A DNA stretch of 64,000 bases from Squalus acanthias (taxonomy: Eukaryota): assembly GCA_030390025.1 (NCBI GenBank), contig CM059432.1:101186001-101250000 (forward strand). Reading direction: 5' to 3'. Shown here in pieces: positions 25,451 through 37,857 of the stretch (positions are counted from its first letter, which is position 1; each line of letters begins with the position of its first letter). The notes below the pieces were generated by a model. That model was not told the origin of the DNA, made no database searches, and saw only the letters and a program-made list of their open reading frames with translations. A program made the translations under genes and the position numbers.

Positions 25451-27005
25451 AAAGTTTGCTTTTTGCATAGCATGATTACTTTCCTTAATAAATTGTGATC
25501 TTGGTTCCTTGCATATTTAATTGTACAGACAAAGTAGGTAAACAAATCTTGTCCTGGGCACTGTTACACTGTAGCTACTGGTATACTAGACATTACTGAA
25601 AAACCTGGCATCTTCATAAAGTTTATGGCTCATACTTTTGGAACCCAGGTTAACCAAATCTGCTAAATAAACTGATCAAATTGCTATTCTTTGCTGCTAC
25701 ACTAAACAGCAAAACCAATTCATGTATTTCTGTTCTTTTGTTTTTCGAATACTATATATCAAGTTTAATTTGCTCAGTTCTCAAATGTTCTTGAAAAATG
25801 ACGAATATGAAAGTCATCTTGTCATTCTTGGCTACATCAGGTGATCAGGGCAGTGTATTACCCAATGAGTCCACAGAACTAAATCAATAGGATAGATGTT
25901 GTGAAATCTCATTTTAATTGGATATGTCCTGCCACTTCCGACAGAAAAATCTCTCCACATTTCCAATTCTTTCAATAGTTAAGCAGAATTTACTTGGCTA
26001 GATAGCTGCCAAGTGAAGTACCATGAAAGTAATTGGGTTTCAAATTGTTCACTGACACATTGTTAGAGAGCCGCACCAAATGCTCTGTTGATTATATATA
26101 TCCCCTGCAGGACTTTCAAGAGTCTCTTATTGCCAAGTATAAAGCTGATCCACAGATATCAAGGGAAATATTTTCTCTTTTACCATTGTCAAAAGCTACA
26201 AGGCAAAAAACTAATACCTTGGTTACAATTACTTCTGGCAGCTATATTAATTCCAGGGGCAATAGAAATGAAAATGTCACTTCAAGTGCTAAGATTCAGG
26301 GCACATGTGGGTTGCCTTTAAAAACCATTGAGCAACAATGCAATGTCGCATGTATCATAGTGTCTCTCTGCAATGCATTGTCTATAAACTGACCTGGTTT
26401 GCAGCTGGATCTATTCACCGCAATGAAACTACCACGATGTGCTACTTTTGTTCATTTCAATGCTATGCAGTTTGGGAACACACCAATTGGTATCTGTAAC
26501 TGGTCTGTTACTAAAAGTGAGGCATAAGTAAGCTATTGTCATGCTTTGATTAACCACCTGAAAGACAGTCACCACATTTCTAAGTAATTGAGTGTGCCCG
26601 AAGTGCTTTTAGACATTTCTGAGAGTTGCGATCGGCGTTATGTAATTGACAATCGGACAAGTCACTTTCAGGGTAATTTTTGAGTGTGTAGCTCCAAAAT
26701 CTTACCAGTCACTCACCAAAATAAGGCAGCATCTTCAATTTAAATTATGTTCCAGAATAAGCACCAAGTTATTATGCTTAATATTTACCAGCAAGTTATT
26801 TAGTTATTATTACACCTGAAATAAGGAATAATGCTGGCAAAATTAGCAAGTATAGCCATCTGCCCACAGAAAAGGTACAGACATTTTATTTTGGCTAACG
26901 TGCATGGAAACGCATCATACATTTAAGTATCTTCAAACTAAGCTACTGAGAAATCAACATAAGTAGTTTCTATTTGCTCGATAAGATCAATACAGGTAGC
27001 GTTCT

Positions 27006-27583
27006 GTGGTAGAAATTGGACCTCGCTGCATCCGATAAAACAGGTGCATCAAGGGCCAACGTCCTGCGCCCCAAGGACGCCGGAAAAACAGCCAACCCGA
27101 AATTGGGTTTCTGGGCAGCCACCTAAAACAGGCGTTAGGCCTCTTGCATATGATAATGAGGGACGCAATACCTGTTTTAGGACCCCTCAGATAAATTGGG
27201 TCTAAGCATGGATGCGGCCCAGCAAGTGACCATTACTGAAAAGGTAATTTAAAAAATAATTTCTGGAGTCAGAAGGAGCAGGAGTGCTCCTCCCAGCTCC
27301 ACGGCACTCCTGCCAGTCATGATTGGCTCCCCTCTCCTGTCCTCCCCTTCCCCCACCAGCACTTACATGAGGGCCACTGCCAGCGAGGTAAACAGCCCGA
27401 ACGTCATTTTGGAGTGGGCGAGCTGCTTGTGGAGACGTGACAGGTGCTAGCAACTCAACCAAATTATTGAAATGAAGCCCGAGGCCTTATTTCGGGCTGG
27501 CCTCACACTTCTCGTTAGGGCACATGCTGCCTGCACAGCACCGAATCTGGGCCCGCAGATGGGCCAGGACGAATTTCTACCCC
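27006..27583. mobile_element. Non-autonomous Harbinger-type element
   Basis: Termini GTGGTAGAAATTGG and CGAATTTCTACCCC; flanks TCT/TCC. Confidence 0.65.
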
Positions 27584-30502
27584 TCCATTTGCCTCACTTA
27601 CCCAAATCTAGAGAAGTTATGCACAGGTTGGCAGGAGCCAAGGCTTTTGGATCCCTGAGTACATGCAGCGGTACTTTTTCAGCTTAACCAGTTAGAAATG
27701 TTCAGTTTACCAGCCATAAAGCACCATCCAGCTAGATCACCCTATTAATTACAGCTTGCAGAGTTATCTGGAGCAGAGTGGAAAGAGACCTCAGTGACAA
27801 GTCTGCCCCTCCAGATCTCATTAATTAATTAGGCTGGCTGGTCAATCATTAACAGTGCCCTGGAGTACTGCAGATCTGTTGGAGTCAGGTATCAGTCTGC
27901 CGAGACATTATGGAGCCACCTTCACCCCAAAGAGACTTCATTTACCTTCCTCTGCTCCCACCAAAGAGGGAAGTCACTAGACAACTAACAAAAGGGCCCA
28001 GAAACTCCTCACAAGTGATATGGTGAGTCACAGCACTGACTATACATATCTAGCGTAGCAGGTAAGTATTGTATGAATGAAAATTAGTAAGTAAATAATT
28101 TTTGTTCCTGATTGTACAAATTCAACATAACTGGAGCTCTGTCCCACTGAGTCTGCCATTGTCCCCTTCTTTTTGCTCTTACTAATTTTCTCCCATCCCC
28201 AGTTTTTCTCCTGGAGGTACTGACTTCTTGTTGGGATAAAGTTTCACCATCACTGGTCACCCTGCAGTACATCATCCAAGTTGCAATTTATCGTGTGTGA
28301 GCCTAGGCTGTCCACTTCTGCTGTAGTTTACACCAGAGTGTCTATTGGATGGTTTTAGGCAAAGTCAAGTGGAAATGCACTGTTTCCACCCAATTTTTCT
28401 AAGTCAGTTTATTAGCATCATTACAGGTGCAGATTTGGATGTGAGTAAACAGCACACCAATGGTGGGGGAGAAAAATTGTGTGTAAGGAAAGTTTAAGGG
28501 GATGGGGACAATTAAAGCGCAGCATCATAATGGGGGAGTAAAAATTAGAAAGCCCTTGGATAACCTCAAAAGCATCCAAGCCCATTGGCAACCTTTGCAA
28601 ATTCTGAAAGAGCAGTGAGCTAAGAAGCAGTGGGCAAAAATGAAGGGAAGGGAATCTAAGGTTCAAGCATAAATCTGCAGGCAAGTGATGCTGTAGCCCA
28701 GCACTCAATCTTCTGTTTGATGGCTGCTGAAGTGCAGGTGGTGCTGCATGAAGCGGTTGTGAAGATGGGTTGTCATCTGTGCCACGCCCCAGTACCAGCC
28801 CCACAGGTTGACATTACAGGGTTCATGCAAGGAGGTGGAGCCACGTTTTAAGCCTCAGCTGACCATTAATGTTACCTACTATGCCAGCCTGATGCTACAC
28901 GATAACTGTAGGTGTCCTTACACCAGATGGCATAGCACACGGCATCTGGTTCTCTGCTAACCCAGACCGTAAGAATGTAGATCCCCATGGACATTGCCAG
29001 CTAGTTGCGACTGGGCCCGCAGAAATGGTTGTGGCATCTTGGCGGTTGTGGCCAATCAGGCAGAGTGTGGCTCTTGATCATCCTGGCATGTCTTCTTTCA
29101 TTTAATACCAATGAAAGGATGAGATACTGTGACTGTCGTGCTTCTAAGGAAGCATCCAGCATTACAGCCAGTCAGACAATCGTATATCTTGCTGATGCCA
29201 ACAGATATGCTGGCCCTTTGGAAAGAGGAGCCTCCATCTGCACTAATCGAATCCCAAAGTGAGGTATGTTCACCTCCATTTGCAGATGTGGGTGTGTGGG
29301 TACCAGCAGGTATCCCTCATGCAACCTGCCATACCTGGAATCCCTCTGTTATTCCGAACAAATCAGATAGGGGTTTCCCATTGGGAAATCCATTGGTACC
29401 AATAATACAGGTCTGGGGAAAAAAATAACTTACAATAATTGGCACAAAGAATCCTGAGCACCTAAGTGTAAGTAAGAGGGAAAAAAATGAAGAATGGTCA
29501 ATAAATACCAAAAATACACCAGCCTTTATATTACTGTGTACCTTCCATGTCCTCCAGTATACTTAGTGTAGCCTTCCAATCCTAACCACACATTTCAAAT
29601 GAGTGGTCTTTACACTTGACCTCCTGAACTCCAGAACAGTGAGAAATAGCATGCAGAATACACCCCCAAATTATTAAAATAAAGTTTGAGGTGGGCATTT
29701 GTCCCACTGCTCCCATTCAATAGAAAATGCATCTGGACACAAACTAGGCCAGTTTCTGGCAGGGCAGAATCTCCGGCAAATTTTCCAGATCCAGCTGCCA
29801 ATATGTCAGCTGTCAATCGGGCAGTAGAGGTGAGAAAATCTCCGCTTAGTGCAGTTGTTAAAAAAATCTGTCTGAAAGCAAATTGCTGACCCGGAAACAG
29901 GAACCATTGACTTTTATTTAGGTAACAGGCTTTAGGGTTTTAGACTTTATGAACAGTACTGGTACACAACATCACTAGGAACAGCAAATCAGCTGCTTGA
30001 TAAATGCGATTTGGCTTGTACTGTAATTCCATTTAAACCTCTTTAAATATTAATAAAGATCTTAATGGGAAAAAAATTACAAAGTATACATTAGATAACA
30101 TTCTACAAAGCATTGTTATTACAGATAAGATATTTTAAGTGAATGTTCAGATTCCTAAATGCTTTCAATGATCTGTTATATGTATCGTATTGATCAACAT
30201 GTTTACTCAAACACCTGGGCCCCAGTAATTCCCTGTCCATAGCTGACTCGTCATGTAAACCAAATCTAATGCTACTGTATAACAGCATTGGTGCCATATG
30301 AGTTCGGCAATATGAAGCTATGCCACCTGGTTTGTTAGACTGACCAAAACTCTAGTTTCCTTTGAAAGCTGAGACTGTGCATTGGCTGTGTGCTCAAATT
30401 TTCAGAAAAAAATGAATGATTTTGTGTACCTACATAACAACAGTAACTACTTCAAAAGAAATTCACTGCTTGAAATGTTCTGAGGACATGATAAGGCACT
30501 AT

Positions 30503-31297
30503 CAGGGAAAAATTGGGTTGGTTTGCGCCTCTCGTTAGCGGGGGGCGCTAACGGGGTGCAAATCCCCATGCGCCCGGGCACGGCGCCACTAACACCTCCC
30601 GCGAAATTCAGCGGGAGGTTAGTGGCAGCGGTAGCCGATAGCGCCCCGTGGCGCTGCGCCTCCGGCAATGACATCATTGCTGAGTGACATGACCCCTTAG
30701 TGCCCTGCTGCGGCCCCTTACCACCCCATGGCAGAAATTCGGCTGCGCCCCGCGAAGCTGCCGCAGGCGATGTCAGCGACAGCCTCGCGGGTTGCGAACC
30801 GGGCCGACCTCCGCTCACAAGACGGTAATTAAAGGGGAAGCCCGGCTACGCCCCATACTGCCATTTCATTGTTTTGGCCGACCTCCATGTTGGCCCCTTG
30901 TGGCGGCCCTGGCCATGGGCCGTGGCCGCCATTGCGCAGCCCGGCACCGCGTCTCAATGCCGGGCTGCGGCCATAGCACCACGCCACCCTGGTGGGCTAG
31001 TGGAGGCCGTCAAAAGGCCTGTAGAGTGCGCAGCGTCCCTCCCCTTTAACGGAAGGGGAGGGGTGATGAAACGCATCAGCGCTACGTGGAGCAGCCACGT
31101 AGTGCTCTGGCGCTACCATGCTTTGCGCCCCAGACACCACCCCGAGTTGAAGTGGAGCACCCGAGATAGTGCTCCGCTTCCTTGCCGGGGCAGTAAGCCC
31201 AATTTAGCGGCTGGGGTGGTACTCCCACACCTGGCATTAAATGGCTGACGCTTATCAGTTACTGCCCCCATACGGGATGTAACCGAATTTCTCCCCC
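30503..31297. mobile_element. GC/CpG-rich non-autonomous Harbinger-type element
   Basis: Termini CAGGGAAAAATTGGGTT and AACCGAATTTCTCCCCC; TSD TAT (30500-30502, 31298-31300); splits an old SINE tail (AAGGCAC-TAT...TAT-GTATTTGCAAG). Confidence 0.8.
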
Positions 31298-31339
31298 TAT
31301 GTATTTGCAAGCTGATTCTTCCAAATGAGTCTCAAGGCT

Positions 31340-32620
31340 GTCCGAAGTTCCCTGGAGGTTCTAGTGGAAGAGGTCAGGACAAGGAGGAACTTTCTCTTTC
31401 CCATGAATGGGAAGAAGATTTCAAAGATCTACACACTGCAGACTTTGAGAGAGGTGGCTGAGCTTGTGAGCTCCAGGAGCATCGCCCCGAGGATCTGGAT
31501 TCAAAGCAGCAAACATTTCAATGACCTGACAAGAGCAGTAAGTTCTTTATTTCTCCATCTCTCTACATAACACCTGGGAACAATCCTGTCCCATCCCTCC
31601 TACAGCACTCTGAACAAATCCCTCCCCTGCATCACCTCCTTGACCACTAATCACACACAATACCACCTCTCATTCTAATTCCAAACACACACTCACCTTT
31701 TGCTTGCTGCCTTCACAGCAGCCACTAACAGCATTCTGCTCTCACATGGTAGCTATTGCAGAACCAGGAACTCCTCTAATGACTCCTTCCTCACTTCACA
31801 CTCCAGTCACTTGCTTTCCATCAAGCATCTCCTCATCTTGCTTGCATCTTGCTTCTTCTCCATCTCTCAACATTTGCACAATATGCAGAAGCCCTACACA
31901 TGCGCACTTTCCGTTTCAATAGCCACTCACTAACTCTTGCCCTATCTTTCTGCAGGAGAAAATGGCACAGAACACAAGGAAGAGGAGGAACACCTAACAT
32001 CTAAGCCCTCACCTAGCTGGAGCAGGAAGCATTGGAAATCAGCAAAGAGAAGTGGAGATGATGTGGCTGGGGATTTATTTGATCAGGGTGTCTGCCTATT
32101 GCTCATACCGAATGCTATTACCCCTTCATGTACCTCAAGTAGACACACATTCAACCAATTTGACAACATCAAGCTGGATTGTGAAGTCTGTCATCTGCAA
32201 CTGTCCAGCCCATCAGTGCTATACTAATTTTTGTTCCTTTTCTCTTTCCTCTAGGTCCTTCTCAGCAGCAAGACCCCAAAGAAGACACCTCGAAGAAGAT
32301 AATCCTCCTGTTGACGCATCGTCATATATTCCATCCTTCCAACCATCAGCACAGAGATTGACACCCTGGGTGAGTTAGACAGTGAATTAGAAAGGTCTGC
32401 TCTTGGTAAAGCACCCAGCACTGAGAAGCAGCAAATATTTGGTGAGGTCTTCTCCCAGCTCTGCTGTACAGGACAGAGATGCAGAGTTCATGGCTCCAGG
32501 CATGAAAATAAAACTGCTTGTCTCTCACAAGCACTTATCAGGTAACGGAAGGTCCGCCAAGGATTTGTCGCACCACAACTGAAAGTATGGAGGAGCCTGT
32601 TTTCCAGCTTGTCCTGGTGT
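31340..32620 (+). pseudogene. Old Harbinger Myb/SANT gene remnant (three exons recognisable)
   Basis: SLEVLVEEVRTRRNFLFP...EVAELVSSRSIAPRIWIQSSKHFNDLTRA|GTAAGT (donor 31538); acceptor CTGCAG|GAGAAAATGGCA (EKMA) at 31956; acceptor CTCTAG| at 32254. Confidence 0.75.
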
Positions 32621-32797
32621 CCTGTTGTATGGCATCAGTATTCTGTAGCCCATCTTGGGCGGGAATCAAGCATTAATGGGGTGGTAAGTAGTCTTTGACA
32701 ATTATAACTGTGCATTTTTGCCCGGTCCATTTTTGCCAATTATAGGAACATGCATTTATACTTCAACTCTTTTTACAGCCATCTAAAGAGGGAATTA

Positions 32798-35393
32798 ACA
32801 TAGAAACATAGAAACATAGAAAATAGGTACAGGAGTAGACCATTCGGTCCTTCGAGCCTGCACCGCCATTCAATGCGTTCATGGCTGAACATGCTACCTC
32901 AGTACCCCATTCCTGCTTTCTCACCATACCCCTTGATCCCCTTAGTTGTGAGTGTTATATCTATCTCCCTTTTGAATATATTTAGCGAACTGGCCTCAAC
33001 AACCTTCTGTGGAAGAGAATTCCATAGATTCACCACTCTCTGGGTGAAGAAGTTCCTCCTCAGCTCAGTCCTAAATGGCTTCCCCTTAATCCTTAGACTG
33101 TGACCCCTGGTTCTAGTTTTCCCTACCATTGGGAACATTCTGCCCGCATCTAATTTGTCTAAACCAGTCAGGATTTTAAATGTCTCTATAAGATCCCCCC
33201 TCATTCTTCTGAACTCCAGAGGATACAAGTTCAGTTGACCCAATCTTTCTTGATATGTCAGTCCGGCCATCCCAGGAATCAATCTAGTGAACCTTCGCTG
33301 CACTCCCTCAATAGCAAGAATGTCCTTCCTTAAGTTAGGAGACCAAAACTGCGCACAATACTCCAGGTGTGGCCTCACCAAGGCCCTGTACAACTGTAGC
33401 ATCACCTCCCTACTCCTGTACTCAAATCCCCTTGCTATGAAGGCCATCATTCCGTTTGCTTTCTTGACTGCCTGCTGCACTTGCATTCCCACCTTCAGTG
33501 ACTGATGTACCATGACGCCCAGGTCTCGTTGCACGTCCCCTTTCCCTAATCTGCCACCATTCAGGTAATAGTCCGCCTCTCTATTTTTACCACCAAAGTG
33601 GATAACCTCACATTTATCCACATTGTACTTCATCTGCCATACATTTGCCCATTCACCCAACCTGTCCAAGTCACTCTGTAGCCTCCTAGCATCCTCCTCA
33701 TTGTTCACACTGCCTCCCAATTTAGTGTCATCCGCAAATTTGGAGATATTACATTTAATCCCTTCGTCCAAATCATTAATATATAATGTAAACAGCTGGG
33801 GTCCCAGCACCGAACCCTGCGGTACCCCGCTGGTCACTGCCTGCCATTCTGAAAAGTACCCATTTACTCCTACTCTTTGTTTCCTGTGTGCCAACCAGTT
33901 CTCAATCCACGTCAACACATTACCCCCAATCCCATGTGCTTTAACTTTGCTCACCAATCTCTTGTGTGGGACCTTGTCGAAGGCCTTCTGAAAGTCCAAA
34001 TACACCACATCTACTGGTTCCCCCCTGTCCACCCTATTGGAAACATCCTCAAAAAATTCCAGAAGATTTGTCAAGCATGATTTCCCTTTCACAAATCCAT
34101 GCTGACTTGGACCTATCATGTCGCCACTTTCCAAATGGTCTGTTATGACATCTTTAATAATTGCTTCCATCATTTTACCCACGACCGATGTCAGGCTGAC
34201 TGGTCTATAATTCCCTGCTTTCTCCCTCCCTCCTTTTTTAAAAAGAGGGGTTACATTGGCCACCCTCCACTCCATCGGAACTGATCCAGAGTCTAAGGAA
34301 TGTTGGAAAATGATCGTCAATGCATCCACTATTTCCAAGGCCACCTCCTTAAGTACTCTGGGATGCAGACCATCAGGCCCCGGGGATTTTTCAGCCTTCA
34401 GTCCCATCAATTTCCCCAATACCTTTTCCCGACTAATAAGGATTTCCCTCAGCTCCTCCCTCTTACCAGATCCTCTGACCCCTTTTATTTCCGGCAGGTT
34501 GTGTGTGTCCTCCACAGTAAACACCGAACCAAAGTACTTGTTCAATTGATCTGCCATTTCCTTGTTCCCCATTACGACTTCCCCTGTTTCCGACTGCAGG
34601 GGACCTACGTTTGTTTTTACTAACCTCTTTCTTTTTACATATTTATAGAAGCTTTTGCAGTCCATTTTAATGTTCTCTGCAAGCTTCCTTTCATATTTTA
34701 TTTTCCCTGCCCTAATCAAACCCTTCGTCCTCCTCTGCTGAGTTTTGAAGTTCTCCCAATCCCCGGGTTTGCTGCTACTTCTGGCCAATTTGTATGCAAC
34801 TTCCTTGGTTTTAATACTATCCCTGATTTCCCTTGTTAGCCATGGTTGAGCCACCTTCCCTTTTTTATTTTTATGCCAGACCGGGATGTACAATTGTTGT
34901 AGTTCATCCATGCGATCTCTAAATGTCTGCCATTGCCCTTCCACTGATAGCCCCTTAAATATCGCTTGCCAATTTAACCTCGCCAATTCACGCCTCATAC
35001 CCTCAAAGTTGCCCTTATTTAAGTTCTGGACCATGGTCTCTGACTTAACTGTTTCCTTCTCCATCCTAATGTAGAACTCCACCATACTATGGTCACTCTT
35101 CCCCAGGGGGCCTCGTACCACAAGATTGCTGATTAGTCCCTCCTCATTACACAACACCCAGTCCAGGATGGCCTCCCCTCGAGTTGGTTCCTCAACATAT
35201 TGGTTTAGGAAACCATCCCTTAAACACTCCAGGAAATCCTCCTCCACCGTATTGCTTCCAGTTTGAGCAGCCCAATCTATATGCATATTAAAGTCACCCA
35301 TGATAACTGCCGTGCCTTTTTTGCATGCACCTCTGATTTCCTGTTTCATACCCTCCCCCACCTCACTACTGCTGTTTGGAGGTCTGTACACAA
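32798..35393 (-). mobile_element. Young 5'-truncated CR1 LINE
   Basis: (ACATAGAA)n tail on + at 32798-32822; uninterrupted ORF2. Confidence 0.96.
32899..35391 (-). CDS. CR1 ORF2 (partial APE plus complete reverse transcriptase), 830 codons open but lacking its N-terminus
   Basis: YRPP, MGDFN, LDWVL, SDH (APE); [26 protein letters not shown] (RT); RRNFFTQRVVNLWNSLP. Confidence 0.9.
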   Translation of the reverse strand: MYRPPNSSSEVGEGMKQEIRGACKKGTAVIMGDFNMHIDWAAQTGSNTVEEDFLECLRDGFLNQYVEEPTRGEAILDWVLCNEEGLISNLVVRGPLGKSDHSMVEFYIRMEKETVKSETMVQNLNKGNFEGMRRELARLNWQAIFKGLSVEGQWQTFRDRMDELQQLYIPVWHKNKKGKVAQPWLTREIRDSIKTKEVAYKLARSSSKPGDWENFKTQQRRTKGLIRAGKIKYERKLAENIKMDCKSFYKYVKRKRLVKTNVGPLQSETGEVVMGNKEMADQLNKYFGSVFTVEDTHNLPEIKGVRGSGKREELREILISREKVLGKLMGLKAEKSPGPDGLHPRVLKEVALEIVDALTIIFQHSLDSGSVPMEWRVANVTPLFKKGGREKAGNYRPVSLTSVVGKMMEAIIKDVITDHLESGDMIGPSQHGFVKGKSCLTNLLEFFEDVSNRVDRGEPVDVVYLDFQKAFDKVPHKRLVSKVKAHGIGGNVLTWIENWLAHRKQRVGVNGYFSEWQAVTSGVPQGSVLGPQLFTLYINDLDEGIKCNISKFADDTKLGGSVNNEEDARRLQSDLDRLGEWANVWQMKYNVDKCEVIHFGGKNREADYYLNGGRLGKGDVQRDLGVMVHQSLKVGMQVQQAVKKANGMMAFIARGFEYRSREVMLQLYRALVRPHLEYCAQFWSPNLRKDILAIEGVQRRFTRLIPGMAGLTYQERLGQLNLYPLEFRRMRGDLIETFKILTGLDKLDAGRMFPMVGKTRTRGHSLRIKGKPFRTELRRNFFTQRVVNLWNSLPQKVVEASSLNIFKREIDITLTTKGIKGYGEKAGMGY

Positions 35394-35866
35394 CAATTGA
35401 AGCTGGATGAGCATTCGATTGTTGTTATGTTATGCTATGTACCCAGAATGAAAGAAAAAGCCTTCAGGCCCATACTGACTCACCCCACTCCGAATTAGAT
35501 TCATCCCCATATCTCCCAACCTTCCTTCCCTTTCACCCCCACCTCTTTGAAGTGGCAAAAAGACCTGTGGTGCAGTATTCAGGTTTTATCACAATAAGTA
35601 ATATGATACAGAAACACATTCTTGTGTGTATAATTTATTTTAATTTAATATTTGCTGCTTTAACTTGGAGAGTGCATTAATATGACAATCTATCTAAATC
35701 CACTCTCAGAAGAGCACTCCGAAAAGCACACTGTGATGTTCCCATTTTCCCTTAATCCTCCTTTTGACCTCTCTGAGTGAAACTAATGCTAATTAGAACA
35801 GTTTTCAGCTATTGGCTGCACACACTAGGAGATGGAAATCAACTGACCAAACTCACTTTACATATG

Positions 35867-36583
35867 GGGGTAGAGTTCCTGCGTTGGGCGCAATCGGCAA
35901 AATGGACGCAAATTGCGCCCATTTTGAAAAGTGTTTTTTCTCGAATTTTTGCTCACTCATTTGCATATCGTCACACACAAAGGGCTGGATTTTCCCAGGT
36001 CTCACCCGCATGGTGCGGGGGTACCTGGAAGACGGCAGGAAACCTGGAAGTTCGGGTTTCCTGGCACGCTGTGGAGTTTTAATGGGGCAGTTTGATTAAT
36101 ACAGCTGAAAATGGGTTTATCACAAAAAAAATAAGCATTTCTAATCACAGTGTCAATCAACTGTCTGTGAGTAACCGATTTTAAATTGCTGAAAATGACT
36201 TTAAAAAAATATATGGAACCATTTTGTCATTATATTGGTGTACTGTAGTCAGTTTCTTAGTAAATTTTTTAAAAATTCAAACGTTTTTAAAACTTTCCTA
36301 TTAGTGTCCTTGTGCCCAAAAGAGCCAGCTTAATATTTAGAGCTGCCTCGAAGGCCCACAAACAGGCCCAATTTGCAGAAACTCCCAATGGTGATTAATT
36401 CATCCTGGGGCATGGCCTGGATCTAGGACGATGTTTTTTAAACCAGTGCAAAAGATCGCGGAAACTCGAGTTGCGCTGAACGTAATTTGCGCTTGAAATT
36501 CCAATATCTTTTGTGCTGGTTGCGAGAATTTTGGGCAAATTGCGCTGAAGAAAAACAGCGCAACCGAGCGGAAACTCCAGGCC
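35867..36583. mobile_element. Non-autonomous Harbinger-type element
   Basis: Termini GGGGTAGAGTTCC and GGAAACTCCAGGCC; TSD ATG (35864-35866, 36584-36586). Confidence 0.75.
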
Positions 36584-36636
36584 ATGGCCTTTACCTGACA
36601 AAGAGTGAGAGACACACACAGATTGTCAGAGTCATA

Positions 36637-37460
36637 GGGGGGAATTTTGCCAGTCCTGGGGAGGCGTGTATGGAGGCAGGACTGCCGGGAAAATGGCAGA
36701 AACTGGGAGTGGGTACTGACCCCGCTCCCAACCCGCCTCTGTGCCATCTTCCCAGGAGGCGGGTCCCCGACTCGCGCAGGGATTCGTCTCCTCGAGGCGG
36801 GAAGGGGATTAGAGCCAATTAACTGCCTGTTAACAGGTAGTTAACAGGCAGTTTTGAGGCTTATCCCCATTTTACCCCTGCAAGTGCAGGCTTCCCGATG
36901 TCTGCGAACCTCGCCAGGGTCAGCGAGTGAGCAGTGGATCTGTGAGGATGAGAGGGGTCGAAAGTCTGCTGTAGTGGTGAGTGATGGGTGCAAGTGTGGA
37001 GAGGTAAGTATGAGAGGTGAGTGTAAAGTGTTGGAAAAAGTTTACTTACCTTTGTTTCTTTCTGCAGGCTTCAACCCTTGGGAATCCAGAGGTGCCTCAT
37101 CTCAACGGCAGAGATGACAGAATGGCTGCTGCATTCTCAGATGCAGCAGCCATCTGCTTTCTGCTGAGGAGAGAGGTTTTGGTGAGTCTTTATGCAAGGG
37201 CTCACCTTAGAACAGAGATTGTCAGTGTTTGACAGCTTCTCAAAGCTGTCAAACGCTGACAATTCATCTGTCAAAAAATTTTCAACAGATGAAATGTCAT
37301 ACGCCAACGTCCTGTCACCGGCTTTCCCTTAATTGGCTGGCTAAACAAGGTCAATCAAGGGAAAATAGCATGGGTTGGCCAGACGTCGTTGGGGGTGGGA
37401 CAAAAACCCGAAAACCAGCAGTCTCGCTTCCAACGCGCCCCCATTGACAAAATCCAGCCC
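36637..37460. mobile_element. Non-autonomous Harbinger-type element, family A copy 2
   Basis: Aligns end to end with 1167-2012; TSD ATA (36634-36636, 37461-37463); inserted in the (AGAGTCAT)n tail of a CR1. Confidence 0.9.
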
Positions 37461-37857
37461 ATAGAGTCATAACGGCACAGAAGGAGTCCCTTTGGCCCAT
37501 CGAGTCCGTGCTGGCTCTTTGTAGAGCAATCCAGTCAGTCCTATTCCCCTGCTCTGTCCCCGTAGCCCTGCAAGTTTATTTCCCTCAGGTATCTATCCAG
37601 TCTCCCCTTGAAAACATTGAGTGTCTCCGCTTCCACCACTTCCGTCAGCAGCAAATTCCAGGTCATCCCCCCTGTATCTCTTGCCCAAAACCTTAAATCT
37701 GTGTCCCCTAGTCCTTGCACCATCAACTGGTGGGAACAGCCTTTCCCCGTCTAGCCTATCCAAACCTGTCATAATCTTGTACACCTCTAGCAAATCATTC
37801 CTCAACCTCCTTTGCTCTAATGAAAACAAATCCAGCTTCTCCAACCTCTCCTTCTGA
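37461..37857 (-). mobile_element. CR1 3' fragment
   Basis: ORF 37593-37904 ERLEKLDLFSLEQRRLRNDLLEVYKIM...TRGH. Confidence 0.88.

Noticed and set aside
26033..26392. 119-aa ORF in unique sequence (likewise 28421-28804, 29005-29428, 60142-60661)
   Set aside because: No recognisable motifs or supporting splice structure; lengths compatible with random or low-complexity ORFs
29370..29392. Palindrome GGGGTTTCCCATTGGGAAATCC resembling paired NF-kB sites
   Set aside because: Single short motif with no independent support
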